This document shows positions 47,794-58,447 of a stretch of DNA of 64,000 nt, in pieces. Where the stretch lies: assembly GCA_051874735.1 (NCBI GenBank), contig JBJEGD010000040.1:26438-90437 (forward strand), written 5' to 3'. The notes under the pieces were generated by a model. That model did not search any database. It was given only the letters and a program-made list of their open reading frames with translations, and was not told the origin of the DNA. Numbering within the stretch: the stretch's first letter is position 1; the number at the start of each line of letters is the position of its first letter. Origin of the DNA: Candidatus Bruticola sp. (GTDB lineage: Bacteria; Vulcanimicrobiota; Xenobia; Xenobiales; Xenobiaceae). Both the position numbers and the translations under genes were made by a program.

Positions 47794-49016
47794 ATTTTTT
47801 TACAGGCCTCGTAAATAATCTGGCTGAATTTTTCATCATCTTGGTTCTTCTCCTGCCTGGCCACCAGCTGACATAAAGTGCGCCAAGGTTTCCAGCGTGT
47901 GGTATTGCGTTCGAAACTTTCAGCTGGGAAGAAAACGACTGAAGGCAGACTTACAGCTGCAGCCGTATGAGCTGAACCTCCGTCAGGTGAAATCATAAAA
48001 CGGCAATTTCGCAAAAAAGAGGCAAAAAGGCGCAGATTATGGTCAGAAAATACCGGAACTTTTATATAAGAATTAGGCTTTTCAGAATATTGGGCGTGCC
48101 CGTTTAAGTAAACAGTCAAATCGGCAGCGAACTGATCTACCCAGATTCTATCGTTGGGAGCACAGGTAATTATAGGATAAAACCCGCCGTTTAATAATTT
48201 GGCATACAATTTGATAACTGGCTGGAGTAGCGGCCAATAAGGTGAGAAAGATGTATCGTTAGGGCTTTCAGGCTGCGAGCGTTGAGTATGCACCTCAGAA
48301 ATTGAAGCTTGCTGGCTTATAGTTGCGGCTATATCTGGGTGCCAGCGCGGCATGAGCTGAAGAGCGCAGCTTTTTACGACAGATGAGCTTTGGGGCATCG
48401 TTAACTCAAGAGTTTGGAGGTAAGCTTGGCGTCCTCGCTCTATTTCCTCTTGGGTAAATTGGAAAGTTAAATCTGGCCAGTCCGTTTCGGGCGGGACTTT
48501 TACGCCCAATTTTTTCAGCAGCAGGAAAAATCGGGCGGTTTGATGCAAATGGGCGTCTTGGTGCGGATTATTGGAAAAGGGCACACGATAATTGAGCTGA
48601 TATAATAGGGATAGACTTTTTAGAGGCTGGCTGAGACCAGGAAAGAATCCGCAGCGCACGGGAGCACCGCTTCGAAAAACAGAAGAGAGAGCGTAGCCCT
48701 TCTCTGTAAAACTGAGAACCGCTTGGAAGTTGCCGCGTTTTAAAGCAGCGGTGAGCTGCTTTTTGAAGTCAGCTGCTTTGGTGTCGAAGATCATTACTTC
48801 AGCCGTATCTGCAAATACTGGAGCTCCTAGCTTAGAGGCCATAACAGTTACGCTGCTTTGCGGACAGGCTTTAACTAGAAAACGCAGGCAAGGGAGAGAC
48901 AGGATACTATCTCCGAGGCCGTCAAGCACAACGACCGCTATACGGCGGGCTTTAATTAGGGGAGAGTCGGCGTTTAAAAATTCACTGCGGTTAGAAAACA
49001 TATATAGAGGTTGCAT
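47784..49016 (-). CDS. Glycosyltransferase family 9 (second heptosyltransferase-like)
   Basis: 'LDGLGDSILSLP', 'SPDGGSAHTAAA', 'RWKPW'. Confidence 0.85.
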   Translation of the reverse strand: MQPLYMFSNRSEFLNADSPLIKARRIAVVVLDGLGDSILSLPCLRFLVKACPQSSVTVMASKLGAPVFADTAEVMIFDTKAADFKKQLTAALKRGNFQAVLSFTEKGYALSSVFRSGAPVRCGFFPGLSQPLKSLSLLYQLNYRVPFSNNPHQDAHLHQTARFFLLLKKLGVKVPPETDWPDLTFQFTQEEIERGRQAYLQTLELTMPQSSSVVKSCALQLMPRWHPDIAATISQQASISEVHTQRSQPESPNDTSFSPYWPLLQPVIKLYAKLLNGGFYPIITCAPNDRIWVDQFAADLTVYLNGHAQYSEKPNSYIKVPVFSDHNLRLFASFLRNCRFMISPDGGSAHTAAAVSLPSVVFFPAESFERNTTRWKPWRTLCQLVARQEKNQDDEKFSQIIYEACKKICP

Positions 49017-49151
49017 TTTGTAAGAAGGGCTTTTCTCCCTTTTTTGTCAGTTCATCAATTCGTTTGGGGCAGGGGCCCAAGATTTTGCCGAAAAATAGGC
49101 TGGTCTATTTTACCCGTTTTTTCCTTACTAGAGAATTAAATAAATATTTGT

Positions 49152-50972
49152 ATGAATGTTGAAAAAACTAATTTAGCTGAAATAGTCGGTTTAACTGTAA
49201 TACTTCTAGCCGGATTAGCCTTTGCTTATATAGGCTTGGGCCCCTGTGATCGTCATCAATTTGCCTCTATGAGCTTCGCTGGTTTAAGCCTGCAGGCTTA
49301 TTTCGGACGATTCGAAGGAGAGGCCAACGGATTTTTATATTATTTGCTGCTGGGCATATTCAATAATTTGTGCGGTTGGAGCAAAAATACGGCTGCCCTT
49401 TTTTCCGCTCTTAGTTTAGTTGGCGCCGCCTGGCTTATCTATCTAACTGTAAGACGCTGGCACGGCAGCAGAGCTGCTCTGTATAGCGCTATGTTTTTAG
49501 TCTCTTTCAACAGTTCAATTTACTTTAGTTCTTATATACGTTTTTATGCTTTCGACATGTTTATGTGCGCTCTGGCCGCTTTTTTGAGTGTACTTTGGAT
49601 AGAACAGACTGAAAAAGACGAAAGAGCTTTAGTTGTTAGCGGCGAGCCAGTTTCCGCTAGAAGAGCTTGGCTGAAAAATTTATTTACTAAGTATCGTTTT
49701 CAGCTTTTAGGATTTTGTTTAGCTGCCGCTCTGCTGGGGGTCTTTTCGGCTATGATTGTCAGCTCAGTTATATGGATCGCGTTAAGTGCAGCTATTTTGG
49801 CTCAAGATTGGCGCCAAATTAGGAATTGGTGCTGCTGCGGTTTCTCTGCTCTGTTGCTGACGGCTGCTTGGGGTTGGGCGGTGCTATTTAATCCTTGGGC
49901 TTACGCTTTGCAGGGTAAGAATATGGAGCCGAGCTGGAATTTGCTGCTCAGTATTTATGCCAAATATTTAGGTCTGGAAATGCTGCCTGGCCGTCAGCCC
50001 CTAATGTTGGCTTGGTGGGAGACCCCTTTGGAACTGCAGATTATTCCTGCCGCTTTAAGTTTGTTTTTGCTTGTCAGCGGAGCGGTTGTATGCTGCCGGC
50101 AGAAACGCTATCTTTTCCCGGTTTGGGTTCTGCTGCCGCTGACACTTTTCGTTTATTCTCTAATTTTTAAGCCGTTACTTTCTATATGGAATTTGAGCTT
50201 CGTTATTCCCGCTTTGGCGGTGCTTATGGGCGTAGGTTTAGCCTATATACGCCCCGCTGTGCAATATGCGTCTTTGCTAGTCTGGGCCTGTTTAGCTCAG
50301 GTGGCTTTAATTAATTACAGCTGGCCAGCTGACGCTGAATATTATGACGCTTGGCATATTCGCTCGCAATATGCTGCCGCTCCGCTGCTGATGGCTGATT
50401 TTCAAGTTTTAGAAAGAGCGGAAAGCAGTTTGGAACCTTACTTTTCGCTGCCTTCGTTAGTACTTGATAATTCGCGCAGCTTAATTTTACCAGTTAAACA
50501 ATACAGCCAGGAGGCTGATTTTTGGTTAGATAAGCATCGCTTTAACGCCATTTACGGCCGTCCAGTACATGACGGCACTGAACTTTCCAATATCCCTTGG
50601 CGGCTGCTTGTAGGGGTGACTGACCGCAGTTGGCAGCAATTTCCTTATAAAGGTCAGGGAACGGAGCTGCGCGCCGCTCTGGCTAAGCAACCACCACATC
50701 AACTGCGTCGTTTAGCCGCCGATTTTTCACCGCAAGCTCGTCTGTATGAACCGGATAAAAATTTTTATGAAATCCCGGCGCTGTTTCCAGATTCTCAAGG
50801 AAGATTGGCCCAGCCTCCGCGGGCTCTTTGGTGTATGTATACTTCACCTTGGTGCAGTTCTGAAATAGAGCCTTTTAGTTTGGAGAAGCTGGCGGCCTTT
50901 TTGCCATATTACAAGCGCATATTAGTTTGGGATTGTGGCAGAGTGCAGCTCTGTCTAATTATTTTGCGTTAG
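49152..50972 (+). CDS. Polytopic membrane protein, GT-C fold (PMT/ArnT-like) candidate
   Basis: About 11 TM segments, 'GFLYYLLL', 'LFSALS', 'YFSSYIRFYA', soluble C-terminal domain; lies among LPS genes. Confidence 0.6.
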   Translation: MNVEKTNLAEIVGLTVILLAGLAFAYIGLGPCDRHQFASMSFAGLSLQAYFGRFEGEANGFLYYLLLGIFNNLCGWSKNTAALFSALSLVGAAWLIYLTVRRWHGSRAALYSAMFLVSFNSSIYFSSYIRFYAFDMFMCALAAFLSVLWIEQTEKDERALVVSGEPVSARRAWLKNLFTKYRFQLLGFCLAAALLGVFSAMIVSSVIWIALSAAILAQDWRQIRNWCCCGFSALLLTAAWGWAVLFNPWAYALQGKNMEPSWNLLLSIYAKYLGLEMLPGRQPLMLAWWETPLELQIIPAALSLFLLVSGAVVCCRQKRYLFPVWVLLPLTLFVYSLIFKPLLSIWNLSFVIPALAVLMGVGLAYIRPAVQYASLLVWACLAQVALINYSWPADAEYYDAWHIRSQYAAAPLLMADFQVLERAESSLEPYFSLPSLVLDNSRSLILPVKQYSQEADFWLDKHRFNAIYGRPVHDGTELSNIPWRLLVGVTDRSWQQFPYKGQGTELRAALAKQPPHQLRRLAADFSPQARLYEPDKNFYEIPALFPDSQGRLAQPPRALWCMYTSPWCSSEIEPFSLEKLAAFLPYYKRILVWDCGRVQLCLIILR

Positions 50973-51079
50973 CATATTTTGGCAGGTTTTGCCCAGTTTT
51001 GTGTAAAACTGCAGCCCCCCGCGGCTGGTAGCCGTTATTTTGCATACAGCACTTTTGTTATAGGGAGTGAGTTGTTAAA

Positions 51080-53482
51080 TTGAGTTCACGCAATAGTCAG
51101 GAAACATTTTCTTTAGGCAGAGTTATTGAAGCGCCTCTGCCCGATTTAGTGCGATCCCGCTTTTTGAATTATGCTTTATCAGTTATTACTGATCGCGCTT
51201 TGCCTGACGTTCGCGATGGTCTCAAACCTGTTCAGCGGCGTATCCTCTATGCCATGCATCACGATCTTCATTTGAGCCCCGACAAGAGCACTCTAAAATG
51301 TGCTAAGGTTGTCGGACAAGTTTTAGGCAGTTACCATCCGCATGGCGATTCCGCCGTCTATGAAGCAATGGCTCGTATGGCGCAGTCTTGGACTTTGCGT
51401 TATCCTCTTGTATTCGGTCAGGGTAATTTCGGCTCCATTGATGGAGATGGTCCGGCAGCTTACCGATATACGGAAGCCCGTCTTAGTCCCATCGCCATGG
51501 AATTTGTAGAAGAACTTAGTCAAAATACGGTCGATTTTGTGCCAAATTTCGATGAGAGCACTCCTGAACCTAAAGTTTTGCCTGCTAAAGTTCCGCAAAT
51601 GCTTATTAATGGCTGTATGGGCATCGCTGTAGGTGTAGCTACAAATATTCCGCCTCACAATTTAGGCGAGGTTTTGCAAGCCTGCTGCGCTCTCATTGAC
51701 AACCGCCAGCTGAGTACAGCGCAACTTTTAACTCACATTAAGGGGCCCGATTTCCCTACTGGCGGTGAATTATTAAATAGCCGCCAGAGTTTGGAGCAGA
51801 TTTACAGCTCAGGCCAGGGGGCTTTGAAGATACGCGGCACTTATAGAGTCGAAGAAAAAAACAAGCGTCTATTTAACATAATTATCGATTCTATACCTTA
51901 CATGGTCAATAAATCGGAATTAGTTGAAGAAATAGGTAATATAATTATGGCGGGCAAGATCCCCCATCTGCAGGATGTGCGCGATGAATCTGCAGCCGAT
52001 ATACGCATCGTTTTAGAGTGCCGCCGCGAGGCCGATCCTACGGCAGTAATGGCTTACCTTTTTAAAAATACTAAGCTGCAGAGCCAGTTTAATGTAAATA
52101 TGACTTGCTTAACCTCGAGAGGGCCGGAGCGGGTTAATTTGCGTACAGCTCTGCTTGAATTTATCGATTTCCGTTTTGATGTGACGGTGCGCCGTCTCAA
52201 TTATGAAGTACGTTTACTTAATGAACGGATCCACATTTTAGAGGGATTTGTCAAAGTGTTCGAGGCTATAGAGGAAGCTATAGCTATTATCCGCGCTTCC
52301 TCCAGCCGCGCCCAGGCCAATCAGGCGTTGTGCGAGCGTTTTTTAATCGATGAAGTGCAGGCAGATGCAGTATTAGATTTGCGTTTGTATCGCTTAAGTC
52401 AAGATGATGTTTTGCTCATTCGCAGTGAACTGGCTGAAAAGCAGGCTAAGCGCGATAATTTAGAGGCTCTTTTAGGAGATATGTCGGCGCTTTGGTCGTT
52501 GGTTAAAGATGATTTCGTGCAGCTAAGTCAACGTTTGGCTGATGCTAGGCGCACTCAGGTTCTGCGTGAGGGAGCTGAAGAGCTAGTTTACAATGCTGAC
52601 GATTTCATTGTCGATGAACAGTTAGAAGTGGTAATTACCCGCGACGGCTGGTTGCGTCGAGTTCCAGTGGGAACCGATTCCAGCAAACTTCGTCTGCGTT
52701 TGGAAGATTCTATCTGGCAAATTTTAGAGGGTTCGTCTTTAAATTCTTTGGTACTTTTTACCAATTTAGGCGCAGCTTACACTATGGCAGTCCATGAATT
52801 GCCCAGCGGTACCCGCGGTTTCGGCGAGCCGGTGCAAAAATTTTTTAATTTCAGTGATGGTGAAAAAATAGTTGCAGCTTTTCTTTTTGATAATCGAAGT
52901 AGTGAAGTTTGGTCTGCTCAAGATGACAAGGAACTGCCTCATTTGCACGCTTTAGCTTTGAGTAGCGACGGCAAAGGGGTGCGTTTCTCTTTTGCTCCTT
53001 TTGTAGAAAATTCGAAAAAAAGCGGCCGTCGTTATATGCGCTTAGGCGAAGGGGCTCAGGCTCTTACGGTAGAGGCGGTGCGCGGAAGCGAACATTTAAT
53101 TGTGCTTACGGAACAAAATAGAGCTCTAATTTGTCCTGTAGAGGAAATTAGTTTTATGTCTGGTAGCGCCCGCGGTGTTCAGGTAATTAAATTAGAAAAT
53201 GAAGACAAACTTTGGGAGAGTATGGTTGTCAGCGGTTCCGATCAGGGAATAAGGCTCAGCTGCAGCGGTTCCAGTACTCTAGTGGAAGTTTCCCTGCGCA
53301 AACAGAAGGTCTGTGCTCGAGGAGGCAAAGGCACCCTTCTAATTAAGCGCGGTAAACTGCAGATACAGCAAAAATTCTACAGCGATGACGCTGCAACCTC
53401 ACCTGCAGTTGAATCGGCCGCGCCTTTAGAAAAGGCAGATGGAGAAGTTAAGGCCGATTTTGAAGCGGAAACTGAAGTTTAG
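51080..53482 (+). CDS. parC: Type IIA topoisomerase subunit A (probably topoisomerase IV ParC)
   Basis: '[16 protein letters not shown]', 'YHPHGD', catalytic 'AAYRYTE', '[14 protein letters not shown]'; short divergent CTD with no GyrA-box at the usual position. Confidence 0.85.
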   Translation: MSSRNSQETFSLGRVIEAPLPDLVRSRFLNYALSVITDRALPDVRDGLKPVQRRILYAMHHDLHLSPDKSTLKCAKVVGQVLGSYHPHGDSAVYEAMARMAQSWTLRYPLVFGQGNFGSIDGDGPAAYRYTEARLSPIAMEFVEELSQNTVDFVPNFDESTPEPKVLPAKVPQMLINGCMGIAVGVATNIPPHNLGEVLQACCALIDNRQLSTAQLLTHIKGPDFPTGGELLNSRQSLEQIYSSGQGALKIRGTYRVEEKNKRLFNIIIDSIPYMVNKSELVEEIGNIIMAGKIPHLQDVRDESAADIRIVLECRREADPTAVMAYLFKNTKLQSQFNVNMTCLTSRGPERVNLRTALLEFIDFRFDVTVRRLNYEVRLLNERIHILEGFVKVFEAIEEAIAIIRASSSRAQANQALCERFLIDEVQADAVLDLRLYRLSQDDVLLIRSELAEKQAKRDNLEALLGDMSALWSLVKDDFVQLSQRLADARRTQVLREGAEELVYNADDFIVDEQLEVVITRDGWLRRVPVGTDSSKLRLRLEDSIWQILEGSSLNSLVLFTNLGAAYTMAVHELPSGTRGFGEPVQKFFNFSDGEKIVAAFLFDNRSSEVWSAQDDKELPHLHALALSSDGKGVRFSFAPFVENSKKSGRRYMRLGEGAQALTVEAVRGSEHLIVLTEQNRALICPVEEISFMSGSARGVQVIKLENEDKLWESMVVSGSDQGIRLSCSGSSTLVEVSLRKQKVCARGGKGTLLIKRGKLQIQQKFYSDDAATSPAVESAAPLEKADGEVKADFEAETEV

Positions 53483-53586
53483 TTATTTAGTAAGTATGGT
53501 AAGGCCCTGAACTGTTTCTACGATAGGTTAGAAAAACTGTGATTTTATGGGGTCGTTTTCAGGTTAGAATTTTAAGCGAGGCGAAA

Positions 53587-55491
53587 ATGGAATCTTATAC
53601 TGCTCAGGATATTCAGGTTTTGACCGGCTTGGAGCCGGTCCGCAAAAGGCCTGGTCTGTATATAGGCAGTGTTGACAGTGTCGGTCTGCATCATTTAATT
53701 TGGGAAATTTTAGATAACTCTATAGATGAAGTTATGAACGGCTACGCTACTTGGGTTGAATTGGAACTCGATCGCGACGGTCGCTCTATAAGGATTACCG
53801 ATAATGGACGCGGTATTCCGGTAGATATTCATAAAGATTACGGTAAATCGGCTTTAGAGCTGATTATGACTACGCTTCATGCCGGCGGAAAATTTGCTCA
53901 TGCCAATTACACCTACTCAGGAGGTTTACACGGTGTAGGAGCCTCAGTAGTCAATGCCTTGTCGGAGCGCTTGGAAGTAACCGTTAAGCGTGATGGCGGC
54001 GAGTGGTTCCAGTCTTATGTTCTAGGTCAGCCTACCGCACCAGTTATGCAGGTGGGACAAAATGTACGCGGCAGCGGCACTTCTATTTGGTTTAGGCCCG
54101 ATGAAGATATTTTTGAAGAAACTATTTTCGATCCTAAAATTATTTTAGAAACTTTAGAGGCTAGAGCTTGGCTGCATAAAGTAAAAATTATTTTTAAAGA
54201 TCGAGTTAACGGTATTACTCATAAATTAGATCATAGTGACAGCGGTTTAGACGGATATTTAAAGCAGCTGGTAGGAAATGAACCCCGAGCTTCCGCTTGG
54301 GAGGATTATATCTTTGCTTATAAACGGGAAGAAAATATCCGTATGGAAGCGGCGGTGCTGTGGAGCCAAGCTGGTGGCGAACAGGTGCGCAGTTTCGTAA
54401 ATGGCATTAACACGCCGCAAGGGGGCACCCACGAATTAGGTTTAAAAGCCGGATTAGTAAAAGCTGTGCGCAATTATATGGAAATACACAATCTTCAGCC
54501 TAAGGGCGTAAAGTTAAGTGCTGAAGATATACGTTGCGGTTTGCGAGCCATTATCGCCGTTTATATCGCCGATCCTCAATTCAAAGGGCAGACTAAAGAA
54601 CGGCTCAACAATACAGAAGTAAATGGTCAAGTCGCTGCTGCAGTGGCGCCGGCCTTTGAACGCTGCCTTAATGAAAATCCTTCCATCGCTTCTGGGTTGA
54701 TCGACCGCATAGTATTGAGTGCCAAAGAGAGAGCAGCGGCGGCTCAAGCTTCAGAAACGGTTGTCCGCAAGTCAGTAACACGTAAATTGAATTTGCCGGG
54801 TAAATTAGCCGACTGTTCGTCTAACCGCACTGAGGAGTGTGAACTTTTTATCGTCGAAGGTGACTCTGCCGGAGGATCTGCCAAACAGGGACGAGATCGC
54901 CGCTTCCAGGCTATTCTGCCGCTGCGGGGTAAAATTTTGAATATAGAGCATGCCGGTGCTGATAAGATCGGCCAGAATAAAGAAATTGCCAATTTAATTA
55001 GCGCTATAGGATGCGGAGTTGGCAGCAACTTTTCTGCTTCTAAGCTTCGCTACGGTCGTATTGTAGTACTGACCGACGCCGACTCCGACGGTCACCATAT
55101 AGCCTGCCTTTTAGTAACCTTCTTTTATAGGTTTATGCCGGAACTTATTAAGCAAGGCCATGTTTACTTAGGACGCCCGCCGCTCTACCGTGTGCAGAAG
55201 GGCAAAACTATTAACTGGGCGTGGACAGAAGAGGAAAGGGAAAGTTTAAGCAAAAATGGCCGCTCTAAAGGGGCAGTGCAGATAACCCGTTTTAAAGGAC
55301 TGGGCGAAATGAGTCCTGAACAGCTCAAGGCCACTACGCTCGATCCCGATACCCGCACTATTTTCCGAGTAGTGGTCAACGACGAAAAAATTGCTTCTGA
55401 AACTATTTCCGAATGCTTCGGACGTGATGTGACTCCGCGCTACAAGTTGATTATGGAACATGCCAATGAAGCAGATGAAATAGACGTTTAA
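53587..55491 (+). CDS. parE: Type IIA topoisomerase subunit B (probably topoisomerase IV ParE)
   Basis: 'GLEPVRKRPG', 'DNSIDE', 'DNGRGIP', 'GLHGVG', 'EGDSA', 'PLRGK', 'DADSDG', 'RFKGLGEM'. GAGG RBS before ATG 53587. Confidence 0.85.
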   Translation: MESYTAQDIQVLTGLEPVRKRPGLYIGSVDSVGLHHLIWEILDNSIDEVMNGYATWVELELDRDGRSIRITDNGRGIPVDIHKDYGKSALELIMTTLHAGGKFAHANYTYSGGLHGVGASVVNALSERLEVTVKRDGGEWFQSYVLGQPTAPVMQVGQNVRGSGTSIWFRPDEDIFEETIFDPKIILETLEARAWLHKVKIIFKDRVNGITHKLDHSDSGLDGYLKQLVGNEPRASAWEDYIFAYKREENIRMEAAVLWSQAGGEQVRSFVNGINTPQGGTHELGLKAGLVKAVRNYMEIHNLQPKGVKLSAEDIRCGLRAIIAVYIADPQFKGQTKERLNNTEVNGQVAAAVAPAFERCLNENPSIASGLIDRIVLSAKERAAAAQASETVVRKSVTRKLNLPGKLADCSSNRTEECELFIVEGDSAGGSAKQGRDRRFQAILPLRGKILNIEHAGADKIGQNKEIANLISAIGCGVGSNFSASKLRYGRIVVLTDADSDGHHIACLLVTFFYRFMPELIKQGHVYLGRPPLYRVQKGKTINWAWTEEERESLSKNGRSKGAVQITRFKGLGEMSPEQLKATTLDPDTRTIFRVVVNDEKIASETISECFGRDVTPRYKLIMEHANEADEIDV

Positions 55492-55655
55492 AAGGTTGAG
55501 TCGGTGTGAACTGATTCTATGGGAGGTCAGTTGGCCGTTGCTCAGTTGGGCTGTATATATGCAGTTGTAAATGCATGTACAATTGCTAACGGCCACTCAG
55601 CTTCCGCCACTAAGCGGGTTAGCTCTTACTTAATATTAGTTATAAAGCTGCATGA

Positions 55656-56873
55656 TTAATCGTGCCAAGTGCGTTCTATTGCTTCCAGCAGCCGATCTGA
55701 GGCTCCAGCATAAGGCGAGTACATGCGGCTGAACTCGCATTTTTGTTGCATTATTTGCTGCGGATCGTCGAGCAAGCCCAAGGCAGCGCTAGCTACATAG
55801 GCTGGAGTTACGACGTCAATTATCTCCGGCACAATTAAACGGTTGGCTAAAATGTTGGGTTGAGCCATAAACCCGACTTTATGGCGCATGCGCATTAACA
55901 GACGTCCTTTTAATTGGCGTCCGCCTGGAATCCAATCCAACAGTCCTATTAATCCGATATAAGGTAGCTGATCGGGACGGTTAATAGGCAGCACCATCAG
56001 CTCAGGAACACCCAACACGGCAGCTTCGGCAGTTTTAGTGCCTGGAATAGTAATACATAGAGCCGAAGCACTCAGTTTGGGCAGCTGATGGCGGCGCACT
56101 ATTTCAATAGCTACTCCTTCCGCCTGCAGAGTATCGCCTATAATTTTACCTTGGATACCTCCGACAGCTGGATGAGGAGGAGCTTGCAGGGCCCTAACTA
56201 GTTTATTTGGGGGAATAAACGGGGAAATTTGCATCTGGAAACGCAAGCTGGGGCGGATCTGTTTCATCAGCTGAGCGGTGCGCAGGAAGAAAGGACTCAA
56301 ATTGGTTAATTCCGTTACACGGCTTCCCGGTAGAAAAGAAATTAAGTTAGGATCAGATTGGGGCAGACTGCCATAACGAGCCAAATAGCTCTGCATAATG
56401 AAGCGTACGTCATCTACGACTAGATCGCCAATTGTAATAGCTTTTTCTAAGGGCAGTTTATGACGCCTCATCCAGTCATAGTGTTTTTCGTCTTTGATAA
56501 AGTAGCCTTTAAAAGCAGAATCCCACCACCATCGGCCCCACAGATAGGACCAGGCGGGAATTTTCCAACGCCACGCCAGAGCAGCGCTGTACATTAAGTC
56601 GCCGCCTAAGTGGAGAAGAACGCTATTTTTGTGCTTGGCGCTGCTGCCTTCCCACAGAAGCTGGAAGTACTGATGAGGTCTTATGACTTCGTTTATATGC
56701 AGCAATTCCAGAGCCACTTTCCCCTCGGAACCGGTGGCAAAAGGGCAGGGCAGTAATATAACGCTGATACTACAGCCAGGCCAGCGGCGGTGTACAGCAG
56801 CAGCAACTGGACTTAGCCAACCGGCTATCTCTCCTGGACTATTGGCTGTTATGTAAATTTTCTGCGGATACAT
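55656..56873 (-). CDS. Lipid-A-disaccharide synthase-like (LpxB-related) GT-B protein
   Basis: 'NSPGE..GW', 'LGGD', 'FLPGSR', 'PGTKTAE', 'PNILANRLIVPE'. Confidence 0.75.
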   Translation of the reverse strand: MYPQKIYITANSPGEIAGWLSPVAAAVHRRWPGCSISVILLPCPFATGSEGKVALELLHINEVIRPHQYFQLLWEGSSAKHKNSVLLHLGGDLMYSAALAWRWKIPAWSYLWGRWWWDSAFKGYFIKDEKHYDWMRRHKLPLEKAITIGDLVVDDVRFIMQSYLARYGSLPQSDPNLISFLPGSRVTELTNLSPFFLRTAQLMKQIRPSLRFQMQISPFIPPNKLVRALQAPPHPAVGGIQGKIIGDTLQAEGVAIEIVRRHQLPKLSASALCITIPGTKTAEAAVLGVPELMVLPINRPDQLPYIGLIGLLDWIPGGRQLKGRLLMRMRHKVGFMAQPNILANRLIVPEIIDVVTPAYVASAALGLLDDPQQIMQQKCEFSRMYSPYAGASDRLLEAIERTWHD

Positions 56874-56892
56874 ACGACTTTCTTAATTCTAC

Positions 56893-58380
56893 TTATAATT
56901 CTTCTTCTCTGGTTAGAGAGATAATCTGCGTTGTTGAGCGTCCCGGTATAAGTTTGGCAAGTACAATCTTGCCGCCAAAACTTTTGATAACAGGGGCTTC
57001 TGGCAGGCTGGCTTCGTCGTAATCGCCCCCCTTTACGTGAACATCGGGACGCAGTTTTTCAATGAGTTGTAATGGAGTTTCCTCGTTGAAAATAACGACT
57101 ATATCGACACACTCCAAAGCGGCCAACATAGCGGCTCTTTCTTCTTGGTTGTTAATAGGACGCTTAGGCCCTTTCAAGGCCTTGACTGAACTATCAGAAT
57201 TTAGGCCAACTACTAAAAGATCGCCTTCATTTTTGGCAGCCAACAAAGTATTAAGGTGGCCTATATGCAGAATGTCAAAACAGCCGTTGGTGAAAACTAC
57301 GGTAGGAGGCGTCTGCGTATGGCGCAGCCGTTCAATCCGTTCGACAGCTTCTGCAGCAGAAAGAATTTTGCGCTGAGGATTAAGCTTGTTTTTGATAGAG
57401 CCGGCCTGCAGCGATTCTAGCAGTTCTTCTGTATTCACAGTGGCGGTGCCAACTTTGCGCACAACTACGGCAGCAGCGTGCGAGGCTAAACTCATAGCTT
57501 CGTTAATCGGCACGGACGCGGAGGCGCACAAGGACATAACTGAAAGTACAGTGTCGCCGGCGCCACTGACATCGTATACCTGAGAAGCTAAAGCCGGCAC
57601 TTTTAAAGTTGGCTGATCTTTGCGGAAGAGAGCCATGCCGCGCTCTCCTAAAGTAATTAGCACTGATTTTAACTTCAGCTCACTGAGGAGTGAGCGACCG
57701 GCTGCTTCCAGTCCTTGATTGTTGTGAGTATCGCATCCAGAGGCTTCCTTAGCTTCTTTAGCGTTTAAAGTAATCAGCTCGCAGCCCATAAAGCGTTTAA
57801 GGTTTACTGGCTTCGGTCCGGCGATAACAGGGATATCGCGGAAAATTTTAATCAGATCGGGAACGTGTTCGCCCCAGAGCAGACCTTTGTCGTAATCAGA
57901 GATTACTACGGCGTCGTAATCTTGGCGATGATTATGGGCCCAGGCTAGTATCTTCTTCCAAACGTGATCTTTTACAGCGCATCGCGTTTCTAAATCGGCG
58001 CGTACTACCTGCTGACTGTTAGCAATTATGCGTGTTTTCATAATAGTGGGGTAATCTTCGCTAACTGCCAGGCCGCTTATACCTATATCTTGACGTTCCA
58101 GCATTAAACGGAGCCTTCGTCCTATGTCGTCCGATCCAACTACACCCAGCAGATCTACTTTGGCTCCCAGGGTTTTAAGATTGGCTACTACGTTGGCTGC
58201 TCCGCCCGGAGTATAAGAGTGATGGGCGATATCGACTACGGGAACAGGTGCCTCAGGACTGATGCGCGAGACTGTACCCCAAACCCAATAATCGAGCATT
58301 AAATCGCCTACTACCAGCAGTTTGGAGTCGGCAAAAGAATGGCAGATGGCCGCGGCTTTTTCGTATTCTATTAAGTTCAT
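56893..58380 (-). CDS. hldE: Bifunctional ADP-heptose synthase (kinase plus adenylyltransferase)
   Basis: 'GDLMLD', 'RISPEAPVPV', 'GGAANV', 'SDYDKG', 'DVSGAGDT'; 'FTNGCFDILHIGH', 'GLNSDSS', 'KGGDY'. Confidence 0.97.
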   Translation of the reverse strand: MNLIEYEKAAAICHSFADSKLLVVGDLMLDYWVWGTVSRISPEAPVPVVDIAHHSYTPGGAANVVANLKTLGAKVDLLGVVGSDDIGRRLRLMLERQDIGISGLAVSEDYPTIMKTRIIANSQQVVRADLETRCAVKDHVWKKILAWAHNHRQDYDAVVISDYDKGLLWGEHVPDLIKIFRDIPVIAGPKPVNLKRFMGCELITLNAKEAKEASGCDTHNNQGLEAAGRSLLSELKLKSVLITLGERGMALFRKDQPTLKVPALASQVYDVSGAGDTVLSVMSLCASASVPINEAMSLASHAAAVVVRKVGTATVNTEELLESLQAGSIKNKLNPQRKILSAAEAVERIERLRHTQTPPTVVFTNGCFDILHIGHLNTLLAAKNEGDLLVVGLNSDSSVKALKGPKRPINNQEERAAMLAALECVDIVVIFNEETPLQLIEKLRPDVHVKGGDYDEASLPEAPVIKSFGGKIVLAKLIPGRSTTQIISLTREEEL

Positions 58381-58447
58381 TTTAGACAGCCTCCATGAAA
58401 ACGCGAGGTTATTTTACCTAGATATTAAAAAGTCTTGCTTTAGGAAC

